Shown one piece after another: positions 7,447 to 15,706 of a stretch of DNA of 35,892 nucleotides; the first letter of the stretch is position 1, and each line of letters opens with the position of its first letter. The DNA is from a virus. A program made the translations under genes and the position numbers. The notes below the pieces were generated by a model, which was given only the letters and a program-made list of their open reading frames with translations, had not been told where the DNA came from and ran no database searches. The stretch is from positions 1 to 35,892 of IMG/VR virus record IMGVR_UViG_3300041405_000195. One strand, written 5' to 3'.

Positions 7447-7646
7447 TGAAAGGATTTCAGGTCATTGACTGGAATGAGATCTCACGTCTAGGGCTACTTG
7501 AGCGCATCAACAGAGAAATCATGCACCCGGTCGGGTACGCGGTTTGTCGGGAAGTTGAAACCGGCGCATCACCTGGTGCGCTTGTGTCACCAGATGGCGT
7601 CTGGGTTTACCCCGATCAGGCCAACACACCAGCGGAGCCAATCTGA
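7446..7646 (+). CDS. Hypothetical 66-aa protein inserted between L and X
   Basis: Lower GC than its flanks. A TGATG overlap is present at both ends, within the 8-nt repeat ATCTGATG at 7441-7448 and 7641-7648. Confidence 0.55.
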   Translation: MKGFQVIDWNEISRLGLLERINREIMHPVGYAVCREVETGASPGALVSPDGVWVYPDQANTPAEPI

Positions 7647-7855
7647 TGGCCCAGCAGCTGCGCGCCATGCAAGGCGAAACGGTCGACGCCATCTGCTGGC
7701 GGCACTACGGCCGCACCGCCGGCGTCACCGAGGCCGTGCTCGAAGCCAACCCTGGCCTGGCCGACCTCGGCCCGATCCTGCCCCATGGCCACCTGATCAC
7801 CCTCCCCGAGCAAGCCCCCCAACCCCAACGTCAGATGGTGAATCTATGGGACTGA
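7646..7855 (+). CDS. X: Tail protein X (P2 gpX-like, LysM-like)
   Basis: 69 aa. The pattern GETVDAICWRHYGRT...LEANPGLA...LPHG is typical of gpX. Confidence 0.85.
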   Translation: MAQQLRAMQGETVDAICWRHYGRTAGVTEAVLEANPGLADLGPILPHGHLITLPEQAPQPQRQMVNLWD

Positions 7856-8304
7856 TCTACCTCGCCCTCTACAAAGGCCAAGGCACCCTGTTCAACCGCC
7901 TGATCCGCCTGTGGACGCGCTCCAAATACAGCCACTGCGAAATCGTCATGAGCGGCGGCCAGTGGTTGTCCGCCTCGGCCATGGACGGCGGCGTGCGCCT
8001 GAAAATGATCGAGTTCGACCTCGCCCACTGGGACCTGATCCCCGCGCCCTGGGCAGACCCTGCCCACATCTGGGATCTGTACTTCACCCATGAGGGCAAG
8101 GGCTACGACTGGCTCGGCCTGCTCGGCAGTCAGATCCTGCCGCTGGCCATCGACAACCCCCGCCGCATGTTCTGCAGCGAGTTCTGTGCCGCCGCCCTGG
8201 GGTTTACCCTGGCCCAGCGCTACAGCCCCGCGCTGCTCGGTGAAGTCGTGCGGCGCTTCCACGCCATCACAACCACAGGACAACAGGATGAAACGCATGC
8301 CTGA
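7846..8304 (+). CDS. Putative permuted papain-fold amidase (YaeF/YiiX C92-like)
   Basis: 152 aa from the internal ATG at 7846. The motif order TRSKYSHCEIV ... GKGYDW ... MFCSEFC matches the His-early/Cys-late order of the family, as recalled. Confidence 0.5.
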   Translation: MGLIYLALYKGQGTLFNRLIRLWTRSKYSHCEIVMSGGQWLSASAMDGGVRLKMIEFDLAHWDLIPAPWADPAHIWDLYFTHEGKGYDWLGLLGSQILPLAIDNPRRMFCSEFCAAALGFTLAQRYSPALLGEVVRRFHAITTTGQQDETHA

Positions 8305-8611
8305 CCGCCCCGAAACCTGGGCCTGGTTCGCCACCTGGCTGGAGCACAACTTCCCCGCGCTCTACGCCGGCGGCCTGGCCTTACTGATTGCCGTCTGGCG
8401 AATCATCTACACCGGCGGCCGCTTCCGCCAACTGGCGATGGAAGCCCCGCTGTGCGGCCTGCTCGGCGTCGGCGTGTCCTACGGCCCGCAACTGATCGGC
8501 GCACCGCAGGGTGCTGGCGTGTTCTTCGCCTGCGTCGTCGGCCTGCTCGGCGTCGAAACCAGCCGCGCCGCGGCCAAACGCGTACTGGATAGAAAGGTTG
8601 AAGAACTATGA
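8288..8611 (+). CDS. Class I holin, lambda S-like, with dual-start motif MKRM
   Basis: 107 aa with three hydrophobic segments and a charged C-terminus. It resembles lambda S (YTGGRF.., ..AAAKR). Two in-frame ATGs at 8288 and 8297 each have an AGGA upstream. Confidence 0.8.
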   Translation: MKRMPDRPETWAWFATWLEHNFPALYAGGLALLIAVWRIIYTGGRFRQLAMEAPLCGLLGVGVSYGPQLIGAPQGAGVFFACVVGLLGVETSRAAAKRVLDRKVEEL

Positions 8612-9447
8612 CCAGACTCCGCCACGGCGACCGCAGCCAGGCCGTTCGCCAACTGCAACGCCAGCTCAACCAGGCCGGCGCCGCGCTGTTCGTCGACGGC
8701 CACTTCGCCGACACCACCGAAGCCGCCCTGCGCGCCTTCCAGACCCGCGCCGGCCTAGTCACCGATGGCATCGCCGGGCCTAAAACCCTGGCCGCCCTCG
8801 CCGGTACCGGCGCCGCCAATCCACTGCGCCAAAGCAACCTGGTCAGCGCAGCCGAGCACCTCGGCGTTGAACTGGCCGCCATCATGGCCGTCAACGAGGT
8901 GGAAAGCCTCGGCCAAGGCTTCGACGCCACCGGCAAACCGAAGATTCTCTTCGAACGTCACGTCATGTACCGCCAGCTCAGCACCCCGCGCCTCGAGGGC
9001 GATGATGCCGCAGCGCTCCAAGCCCACGCCAAGCAACTGGCCGCCAGCTACCCCGCCCTGGTCAACCCTCGCCCCGGCGGCTACAGCGGCGGCAGTGCTG
9101 AACACCAGCGTCTGGCCAACGCCCGCCTGCTCGACGCCCTCTGCGCCAACGAGTCAGCCAGCTGGGGCGCCTTCCAGATCATGGGCTATCACTGGCAGCG
9201 ACTCGGCTATGCGAGCGTCGACGCCTTCATCGCCAGCATGAGCCACAGTGAGGCCGAGCAGCTCGCCGCCTTCGTCGGCTTCATCGAAACCGACCCCGCC
9301 CTGCACAAGGCCCTCAAGGGCAAGCGCTGGGCACAGTTCGCCAAGCTCTACAACGGCCCGGCCTACGCCCGCAACCTCTACGACATCAAGCTCGAGCGCG
9401 CCTACCAGCGCCACGCCGCCGCTATCGGCGCGCAGGTGGCGGCATGA
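8608..9447 (+). CDS. Endolysin: PG_binding_1 domain plus N-acetylmuramidase (DUF3380-type) domain
   Basis: The N-terminal LQRQLNQAG...VDGHFADTTEAALRAFQTRAGLVTDGIAGPKTLAAL is a peptidoglycan-binding repeat. The C-terminal part carries the WGAFQIMGYHW motif. Confidence 0.85.
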   Translation: MTRLRHGDRSQAVRQLQRQLNQAGAALFVDGHFADTTEAALRAFQTRAGLVTDGIAGPKTLAALAGTGAANPLRQSNLVSAAEHLGVELAAIMAVNEVESLGQGFDATGKPKILFERHVMYRQLSTPRLEGDDAAALQAHAKQLAASYPALVNPRPGGYSGGSAEHQRLANARLLDALCANESASWGAFQIMGYHWQRLGYASVDAFIASMSHSEAEQLAAFVGFIETDPALHKALKGKRWAQFAKLYNGPAYARNLYDIKLERAYQRHAAAIGAQVAA

Positions 9448-9650
9448 TCGATCTGGAGGCGGTGCGCAAACTGGACGTCCAGGACGGCAACCTGTTGGTG
9501 GTGCCGGAAAATGCTGACCAGGAGGATATGAGGCTGTTGCTCGAAGCCTTGAACCGCATGAAGTCGGGTCGCCAAGTGATCATCGTGCGAGGTCCCGTGG
9601 AACTGATAGATGTCGGTGACATGAACAAGCTGGGCTGGTACCGCGCATGA
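9444..9650 (+). CDS. Hypothetical 68-aa protein between endolysin and i-spanin
   Basis: ATGA overlaps at both ends (GCATGA at 9442-9447 and 9645-9650). No TM segment is visible. It occupies the P2 lysA position but does not resemble it. Confidence 0.55.
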   Translation: MIDLEAVRKLDVQDGNLLVVPENADQEDMRLLLEALNRMKSGRQVIIVRGPVELIDVGDMNKLGWYRA

Positions 9651-10078
9651 GTAACTTGCGCCAGGCCCTGTACGGCATCGTTCTGCTGGGCGCCCTGGCA
9701 CTGCTTATCTGGGGCCAGCAACAGCGAATTACCGTAGCCGAGAAGAACACCGAACTGGCGGCAAAAGACACCCAAACTGCACGCGACGAAGCTGGAAGGC
9801 TGCGCGCAAACCTCAGCACGCTACAAACCACCCTGAACGCCGAACGCAATGCCTTGGTCGCCCTGCGGGCCCAGCAGGATCAGCTGCGCCAGGGCCTGGC
9901 AAAGCGCGAGCAAACTATAGAGGGACTCAAACGTGAAAATTCTGATCTTAGGGCCTGGGCTGACCAGCCTCTGCCTGAGCCTGCTCGTCGGCTGCGCCAA
10001 CGCCCCACCATCGTCGGCGCCGCAGCTTATCGAGCTTGGCTGTCCGGCAGTGGTGCCCTGCGTCCTGCCGGCGACTAG
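9647..10078 (+). CDS. i-spanin (Rz-like)
   Basis: N-terminal TM segment (LYGIVLLGALALLIWG) followed by a long coiled-coil-like region, syntenic after the endolysin. Confidence 0.85.
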   Translation: MSNLRQALYGIVLLGALALLIWGQQQRITVAEKNTELAAKDTQTARDEAGRLRANLSTLQTTLNAERNALVALRAQQDQLRQGLAKREQTIEGLKRENSDLRAWADQPLPEPARRLRQRPTIVGAAAYRAWLSGSGALRPAGD

Positions 10079-10199
10079 CCCGGGTACTAACGGCGAACTG
10101 CTCTCCGACACCGAACGCGCCGAACTGGCCTGGGCCGAATGCGCCGCCCAGGTCGACATGCTCTACCACCACCAGCAACAACCGAGGGCCGACCCGTGA
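9933..10199 (+). CDS. o-spanin (Rz1-like lipoprotein), overlapping architecture
   Basis: GTG start in another frame inside Rz. Signal peptide with lipobox LLVG-C (Cys21) and a Pro-rich mature part. It extends past the Rz stop. Confidence 0.8.
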   Translation: MKILILGPGLTSLCLSLLVGCANAPPSSAPQLIELGCPAVVPCVLPATSPGTNGELLSDTERAELAWAECAAQVDMLYHHQQQPRADP

Positions 10200-10723
10200 A
10201 CAAACCCAACTCCCTGCGCGCCCACCTCCTGGCCGCCGTGCCCGAGCTGCGCCACAACCCCGACCGCCTGCTGGTATTCATCGACGACGGCAAACTGCGC
10301 AGTACCGCTGCCCCCGGCCTGTCCTTCGAGTACAGCTACACCCTCAACCTGATCTTCACCGACTACGCCGGCCACCCGGACGCCATCGCCATCCCACTGT
10401 TCGCCTGGGTGCTCGAGCAACAGTCCGATCTGATGACCAACCTCGAAAAAAGCAAGGACGCCATCCAGTTCGAGGTCGACGTGCTCGCCAACGACAAAGT
10501 CGACCTGTCCATCACCCTGCCGCTCACCGAGCGCGTCGTGGTCAAGCGCCAACCCGACGGCAGCCTCAGCGTCACCCACGTCGCCGAGCCTCAGCTCACC
10601 GAGCAGCAAGACGCCACCCACATGCAAGTATTCGTCGGTGACGAACTGCTGGCCGAGTGGGACAGCCCCGCCGGCCAGGGCGTAGACATCGAAACCCCGC
10701 ACCCGGCCCCCGCCAATGGCTGA
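10196..10723 (+). CDS. R: Tail completion protein R (P2 gpR-like)
   Basis: The GTG start at 10196 gives NKPNSLRAHLLAAVPELRHNPDRLLVFIDDG..., colinear with the P2 R N-terminus (LKPDSLRRALTDAV..NPD.L.IFVDNG). Confidence 0.85.
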   Translation: MNKPNSLRAHLLAAVPELRHNPDRLLVFIDDGKLRSTAAPGLSFEYSYTLNLIFTDYAGHPDAIAIPLFAWVLEQQSDLMTNLEKSKDAIQFEVDVLANDKVDLSITLPLTERVVVKRQPDGSLSVTHVAEPQLTEQQDATHMQVFVGDELLAEWDSPAGQGVDIETPHPAPANG

Positions 10724-11168
10724 CGACCTGCACGCCCTGGAAGACTGGGCCGGCGCCCTGCTGGCCCAGCTCGAGCCGGCCCAACGGCGCAAACTCACCC
10801 AGGCCGTGGCCCGCGATCTGCGCCGCAGCCAGCAACGGCGCATCGCCACCCAGCACAATCCCGATGGCAGCGCCTACGCCCCGCGCAAACCGCGCCAGGC
10901 ACGAGAGAAAACCGGGCGCATCAAGCACAAAATGTTCAGCAAGCTCGGCAGCGCCAAATACCTCAAGTTGCAGAGCACCGCCGACAGCGTCGCCATCAGC
11001 TTTCTCGGCCGCACCGCGCGCATGGCCCGCATCCACCAGTACGGCCTGCGCGACAAACCCGGGCGCAATTCGCCCGACATTCAATATGAGCGCCGCGAAC
11101 TGCTCGGTTTCACCGCCGCCGACCGCGAGCTGATCCGCGACAGCCTGCTGGCCCACCTCGCCCTGTAA
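10716..11168 (+). CDS. S: Tail completion / virion morphogenesis protein S (P2 gpS-like)
   Basis: 150 aa, syntenic, overlapping the end of R. Confidence 0.85.
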   Translation: MADDLHALEDWAGALLAQLEPAQRRKLTQAVARDLRRSQQRRIATQHNPDGSAYAPRKPRQAREKTGRIKHKMFSKLGSAKYLKLQSTADSVAISFLGRTARMARIHQYGLRDKPGRNSPDIQYERRELLGFTAADRELIRDSLLAHLAL

Positions 11169-11182
11169 CCCCCCGCGCTACA
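11164..11182. promoter_or_regulatory. Dyad TGTA-N11-TACA upstream of V (candidate late promoter activator site)
   Basis: The sequence is TGTAaccccccgcgcTACA. Its centre is about 57 nt before the V start. Confidence 0.55.
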
Positions 11183-11229
11183 GCTCCAGCCCCAAGACAC
11201 CCACGCGCGAGGCCGGCAACCTGCGCCCT

Positions 11230-11763
11230 ATGACTATCGCCGACCTGACCCGCCGCCTCGAAAACCTGATCCGCTTCGGCACCGTCGCCGAGGTAGACCA
11301 CTCTGCGCCGCGCTGCCGGGTCAAAACCGGCGGCCTGCTCACCGGCTGGCTGCCATTTTTCGCGCCCAGGGCCGGCCAGGATGCCGAGTGGGATCCGCCC
11401 AGCATCGGCGAGCAGTGCGTGGTGTTCTCGCCCTCCGGCGATCCCGCCACCGGCGCCGTGCTCTTCGGCCTGTACTGCGACCTGTTCCCGGCACCCGACA
11501 ACAGCCCGACCCGTCACCGCCGTAGTTACCGTGACGGCGCGGTCGTCGAGTACGACACCGCCACCCACACGCTCAAAGCCACCCTGCCCGAAGGCGGGCA
11601 AGCGCAAGTCGTCGCCCCGGGCGGCGTCACAATCATCGGCGACGTGGCCATCACCGGCGGCGTAACCGTCAGCGAAGACGTCATCGCCAGCGGCATCAGC
11701 CTGGTCAACCACACCCACGGCGGCGTCCAGGCCGGGCCGAGCAGCACAGGTGCCCCGCAATGA
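11230..11763 (+). CDS. V: Baseplate spike/assembly protein V
   Basis: 177 aa, syntenic. The C-terminal ...SLVNHTHGGVQAGPSSTGAP is typical of gpV spikes. Confidence 0.88.
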   Translation: MTIADLTRRLENLIRFGTVAEVDHSAPRCRVKTGGLLTGWLPFFAPRAGQDAEWDPPSIGEQCVVFSPSGDPATGAVLFGLYCDLFPAPDNSPTRHRRSYRDGAVVEYDTATHTLKATLPEGGQAQVVAPGGVTIIGDVAITGGVTVSEDVIASGISLVNHTHGGVQAGPSSTGAPQ

Positions 11764-12113
11764 CCGGCATGTCCCGCACCACCGGCCGCGCCCTGGATGA
11801 CCTGTCCCACCTCAGCCAGTCCATCGCCGACATACTCACCACGCCCATCGGCAGCCGTGTCATGCGCCGCGACTACGGTAGCCAACTGCCCGAGATGATC
11901 GACCAGCCGTTCAACGAGGTCACCAAGCTGCGCGCCTACGCCGCCACCGCCATCGCCCTGATGCGCTGGGAGCCGCGCATCCGCCTGTCCCGCGTGCAGA
12001 TCTTCCAGGGCGACGCCCAAGGCGGCGCCGTCATCGAGCTAGACTCCGAGCGTGTCGACAACAACGCCCCGCTCAATCTCCAGGTGCCGCTACAGATGGG
12101 GGCCAGCGCATGA
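11760..12113 (+). CDS. W: Baseplate wedge protein W (gp25-like)
   Basis: 117 aa against 115 aa for P2 W, with an ATGA overlap with V. Confidence 0.88.
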   Translation: MTGMSRTTGRALDDLSHLSQSIADILTTPIGSRVMRRDYGSQLPEMIDQPFNEVTKLRAYAATAIALMRWEPRIRLSRVQIFQGDAQGGAVIELDSERVDNNAPLNLQVPLQMGASA

Positions 12114-13021
12114 ATTTCACCCCCATCGACCTCAGCCAACTGCCCGACCCGAGCGTGGTCGAGGCCATCGACTACGAGCAGATCCTTGCCGAGCGCAAGG
12201 CCTACGCCGTCAGCCTCTGGCCGGCGGACGAACAACCCGCCATCGCCGCCCTTCTGGCCCTCGAGTCCGAGCCGCTGACCAAGCTGCTGCAAGAGAACGC
12301 CTACCGCGAAACCCTCTGGCGCCAGCGCGTCAACGAGGCCGCGCTCGCCACCCTGCTGGCCAAGGCCCGGGGCAGCGACCTCGAGCAGATCGCCGCCGGC
12401 GTCAACGTCCAGCGCCTGACCATCATCGCCGCCAACCCCACCGCCATCCCGCCGCAGGCCGCCGTGATGGAGGGCGACAACGCCCTGCGCGAACGCGCCC
12501 AGATGGCCTGGGAAGGCCTCAGCACCGCCGGCCCGCGCAATAGCTACGTGTTCCACGCCCGCAGCGCCGATGGCCTGGTCGCCGATGCCACCGCCGCCAG
12601 CCCGAGTCCCGCTGTGGTGGTGGTCACCATCCTGGGCGCCCTGGGCGATGGCAGCGTCGACCAGGCCCTGATCGACAGCGTCGCCGCCTACATCAGCGAT
12701 GACGATCGCCGCCCGGTGGCCGACCGCCTCACCGTCCAGGGCGCCGCCATCCTCGAATACAGCGTCGACGCCACCCTCTACCTCAGCACCGTCGGCCCCG
12801 AGGCCGAACCGATCCGCGCCGCCGCAGAAGCCAAGCTAGACGCCTACGTCAACCAACGCCGCCGCCTCGGCGTCGAGGTCTCGGAGTCGGCCATCCACGC
12901 CGCGCTGCATGCCGAAGGCGTGACCAAGGTGGTGCTCACCGGCTGGGCCGACATCACCCCCACCGCCGCCCAGGCCGCCTACTGCACCGGTTACAGCGTC
13001 AGCATCGGCGGCCAGGCATGA
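12110..13021 (+). CDS. J: Baseplate protein J
   Basis: 303 aa against 302 aa for P2 J, syntenic. Confidence 0.9.
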   Translation: MNFTPIDLSQLPDPSVVEAIDYEQILAERKAYAVSLWPADEQPAIAALLALESEPLTKLLQENAYRETLWRQRVNEAALATLLAKARGSDLEQIAAGVNVQRLTIIAANPTAIPPQAAVMEGDNALRERAQMAWEGLSTAGPRNSYVFHARSADGLVADATAASPSPAVVVVTILGALGDGSVDQALIDSVAAYISDDDRRPVADRLTVQGAAILEYSVDATLYLSTVGPEAEPIRAAAEAKLDAYVNQRRRLGVEVSESAIHAALHAEGVTKVVLTGWADITPTAAQAAYCTGYSVSIGGQA

Positions 13022-13635
13022 CCAGCCGCGGCCTGCTGCCCGCCAACGCCAGCGCCTTGGAGCGCCAGGCGGCCGAAGCCCTGGCGCAGATCCAACGCGT
13101 GCCGGTACCGATCCGCGAGCTGCACAACCCCGACCTCTGCCCTGTCGCCTTACTGCCCTACCTGGCCTGGGCCTACAGCGTCGACCGCTGGGACTCGGCC
13201 TGGCCGGAGGCGACCAAGCGCGGCGTCATCCGCGCCGCCTACTTCGTCCACGCCCACAAGGGCACCATCGGCGCCCTGCGCCGGGTGGTCGAGCCGCTGG
13301 GCTACCTGATCGAGGTGCTCGAGTGGTGGCAAACCGTCCCCGAGGGTGTGCCCGGCACCTTCGCCCTGCTGGTCGGCGTACTCGACACCGGCATCAGCGA
13401 AGAGATGTACCTCGAGCTCGAACGCCTGATCGACGACGCCAAGCCCGTCAGCCGCCACCTCACTGGCCTGGCCATCAGCCTGGAAACCAGCGGCTACCTG
13501 CGCCACGGCGTGAGCATCTACGAAGGCGACGAACTCACCGTTTACCCACCTGAACTTCACGACATCGAGGTCACCGGCCACATCGGTGCCAGCGGCCGCG
13601 AACACTCAATCGACACCATGGACGTCTACCCATGA
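13018..13635 (+). CDS. I: Tail protein I
   Basis: 205 aa, syntenic, with overlapping start and stop. Confidence 0.85.
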   Translation: MTSRGLLPANASALERQAAEALAQIQRVPVPIRELHNPDLCPVALLPYLAWAYSVDRWDSAWPEATKRGVIRAAYFVHAHKGTIGALRRVVEPLGYLIEVLEWWQTVPEGVPGTFALLVGVLDTGISEEMYLELERLIDDAKPVSRHLTGLAISLETSGYLRHGVSIYEGDELTVYPPELHDIEVTGHIGASGREHSIDTMDVYP

Positions 13636-15035
13636 CAGACCAGAACAGCCAGTTTTTCGCCATTCTCACCGCCGTAGGCGAGGCCAGGCAGGCCAACGCC
13701 GACGCCCTCGGCATCGCCTGGAAGATCACCCATATGGGCGTGGGGGATGCCGATGGTACCGAGCCCACCCCCGATCGCCAGCAGACGGCGCTGCTCAACG
13801 AGCGCCGCCGCGCACCGCTCAACCAGCTCAAGGTCGACCCCGGCAACACCTCTATCATCATCGCCGAGCAAGTCATCCCCGAGGATGTCGGCGGCTGGTG
13901 GATCCGCGAAATCGGCCTGTACGACGAAGCTGGTGACTTGGTCGCCATCGCCAACTGCGCGCCCAGCTTCAAACCACAACTGTCGCAAGGCTCAGGCCGC
14001 ACCCAGGTGGTGCGTATGAACCTGATCGTCAGCAGCGCCACCAACGTCGAACTGAAGATCGACCCGGCTGTGGTGCTTGCAACCCGTAAATACGTCGACG
14101 ACGAGCTGGCCAAGCTGGACCACAAGAACAGCGTGCGTGCAGCCACCACCGCCAACATCGCCCTCAGCGGCACTCAAACCATCGACGGCGTCGCTCTTGT
14201 CGCCGGTGACCGGGTGCTAGTAAAAAACCAAGCCAGCGGCGCTGCAAACGGCATCTACGTGGTGGTCGGTGGTGCCTGGTCGCGCGCGGCGGATGCCGAT
14301 GCCAACATCGAGGTCACCCCGGGCATGATCGTGCCGGTCGAACAAGGCACAGCCAACGCCGACAGCGTCTGGCAACTGGTCACCGATGCCCCCATCACCC
14401 TCGGTACCACAGCGCTAACCTTCGAGGCTGCGGCCGGGCCGTCCGGCGTATCGGCTGGCACCTACCGCAGCGTAACGGTGGACAAGCGTGGGCGGGTCAT
14501 CGGCGGTACTAACCCGACCACGATGGCCGGCTATGCCATCAGCGAAGCTAGTCAGGCCGAAGCCGAGACCGGCACTGACAACTCCAAGCCGACGACGCCA
14601 TTGCGAGTAGTCCAGATCTTGCGCGCAGCAGCAGCTAAGGCAACCGAGGTACTAGCCGGTACCTTGCGCGTGGGAACCCAGACAGAAGTCAATGCGGGCA
14701 CCTCGGACGAGCGGATAGTCACCCCGAAAAAACTGCACTGGGGGTTTGCGATTAGCTTGGCAATTAATGGCTATATCGTGTTCCCCACTTGGTTAGGTGG
14801 GTTGATCATCCAGTGGGGGACGGCGCCAATGAACTCAGGCTCACTGCAACCCATCACCTTCTCCATCGGCTTTCCCACGGAAATTTTTTGCGTGCTCTGT
14901 ACGACCCAGGACAATATCGATGCGACGACGATCACCAAACCACTCATTGTTCAGTCTCGAACCTTAACGGGTGCTAGTTTGTACATCGGCGAGGGCGGCG
15001 CGATTAATGCCAATTACGTTGCAATTGGCCGCTAG
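13632..15035 (+). CDS. H: Tail fibre protein H (conserved N-terminus, mosaic C-terminal receptor-binding part)
   Basis: The N-terminus is colinear with P2 H (..IIAEQVIPEDVGGWWIREIGLYDEAGDLVAIAN..). The C-terminal GLIIQWG... domain sits in a lower-GC segment. Confidence 0.88.
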   Translation: MTDQNSQFFAILTAVGEARQANADALGIAWKITHMGVGDADGTEPTPDRQQTALLNERRRAPLNQLKVDPGNTSIIIAEQVIPEDVGGWWIREIGLYDEAGDLVAIANCAPSFKPQLSQGSGRTQVVRMNLIVSSATNVELKIDPAVVLATRKYVDDELAKLDHKNSVRAATTANIALSGTQTIDGVALVAGDRVLVKNQASGAANGIYVVVGGAWSRAADADANIEVTPGMIVPVEQGTANADSVWQLVTDAPITLGTTALTFEAAAGPSGVSAGTYRSVTVDKRGRVIGGTNPTTMAGYAISEASQAEAETGTDNSKPTTPLRVVQILRAAAAKATEVLAGTLRVGTQTEVNAGTSDERIVTPKKLHWGFAISLAINGYIVFPTWLGGLIIQWGTAPMNSGSLQPITFSIGFPTEIFCVLCTTQDNIDATTITKPLIVQSRTLTGASLYIGEGGAINANYVAIGR

Positions 15036-15043
15036 GGGGAAAT

Positions 15044-15631
15044 ATGCGCTACTACAGCAGATCAACAGGCTCCACGTACATTGACGAAATACACGGCGAA
15101 GCCATGCCGCCGGATGCGCAGCCAATCACCGACGAGCTTTACCTTTCGGTCATAGCCAACCCTATGCCTGGCAAGATCCGTAGCCACGATGCGCAGGGCC
15201 TGCCGATTTTGGTTGATCCACCGCATGTGCAGATTACCGCAGACGAACTGTGCGCCAGCATCGACCGCACCACCGACACCGCCCGCCGCGCCGTAGCCGG
15301 CGACCCGCTGCGCGCCGTCGAGTACCAGATGGCGGCAACCGAGGCGCAGGCCTTCGCTGCTGCAGGTTATCCAGCCGAAGCGGTACCGCGCACCGTGGCC
15401 GCCTGGGCGATGGCTGGCCGCTCCGCCCAGCAAGCTGCCGACAACATCCTCACCGAGGCCGCGCAGTACAACGAAGCTCTCCATCTGCTGCGCGAAACCC
15501 GTCTGCGGGCCAAAGAGCAGGTACGCCAGGCTATGAACGCCGGCGAAGTGGAGCAAGCCCAAGACATCGCTGTCGCGACCATTGCGGCCATTCAAGCAGC
15601 CATCGCCGGCATCGGCAACAACCCCAACTAA
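15044..15631 (+). CDS. G: Tail fibre assembly chaperone (gpG-like)
   Basis: 195 aa directly after H. The N-terminal half is lower in GC, like the H C-terminus. Confidence 0.7.
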   Translation: MRYYSRSTGSTYIDEIHGEAMPPDAQPITDELYLSVIANPMPGKIRSHDAQGLPILVDPPHVQITADELCASIDRTTDTARRAVAGDPLRAVEYQMAATEAQAFAAAGYPAEAVPRTVAAWAMAGRSAQQAADNILTEAAQYNEALHLLRETRLRAKEQVRQAMNAGEVEQAQDIAVATIAAIQAAIAGIGNNPN

Positions 15632-15651
15632 GCGCCAACCCGCCCCACCCC

Positions 15652-15675
15652 AAGCCCCGTCATCCGGGGCTTTTT
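15652..15675 (+). terminator. Rho-independent terminator after the fibre operon
   Basis: The stem pairs GCCCCG (15654-15659) with CGGGGC (15665-15670). It has a 5-nt loop and is followed by TTTTT. Confidence 0.8.
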
Positions 15676-15687
15676 CCATCTGCGCGT

Positions 15688-15706
15688 TGTACCGCCCCTC
15701 CCTACA
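15688..15706. promoter_or_regulatory. Dyad TGTA-N11-TACA upstream of FI (candidate late promoter activator site)
   Basis: The sequence is TGTAccgcccctcccTACA, flanked to give TTGTA...TACAA. Confidence 0.55.

Noticed and set aside
9647-10199. Overlapping Rz/Rz1 pair considered as an unusual feature.
   Set aside because: This is the standard overlapped two-component spanin architecture. It is annotated as a feature only.
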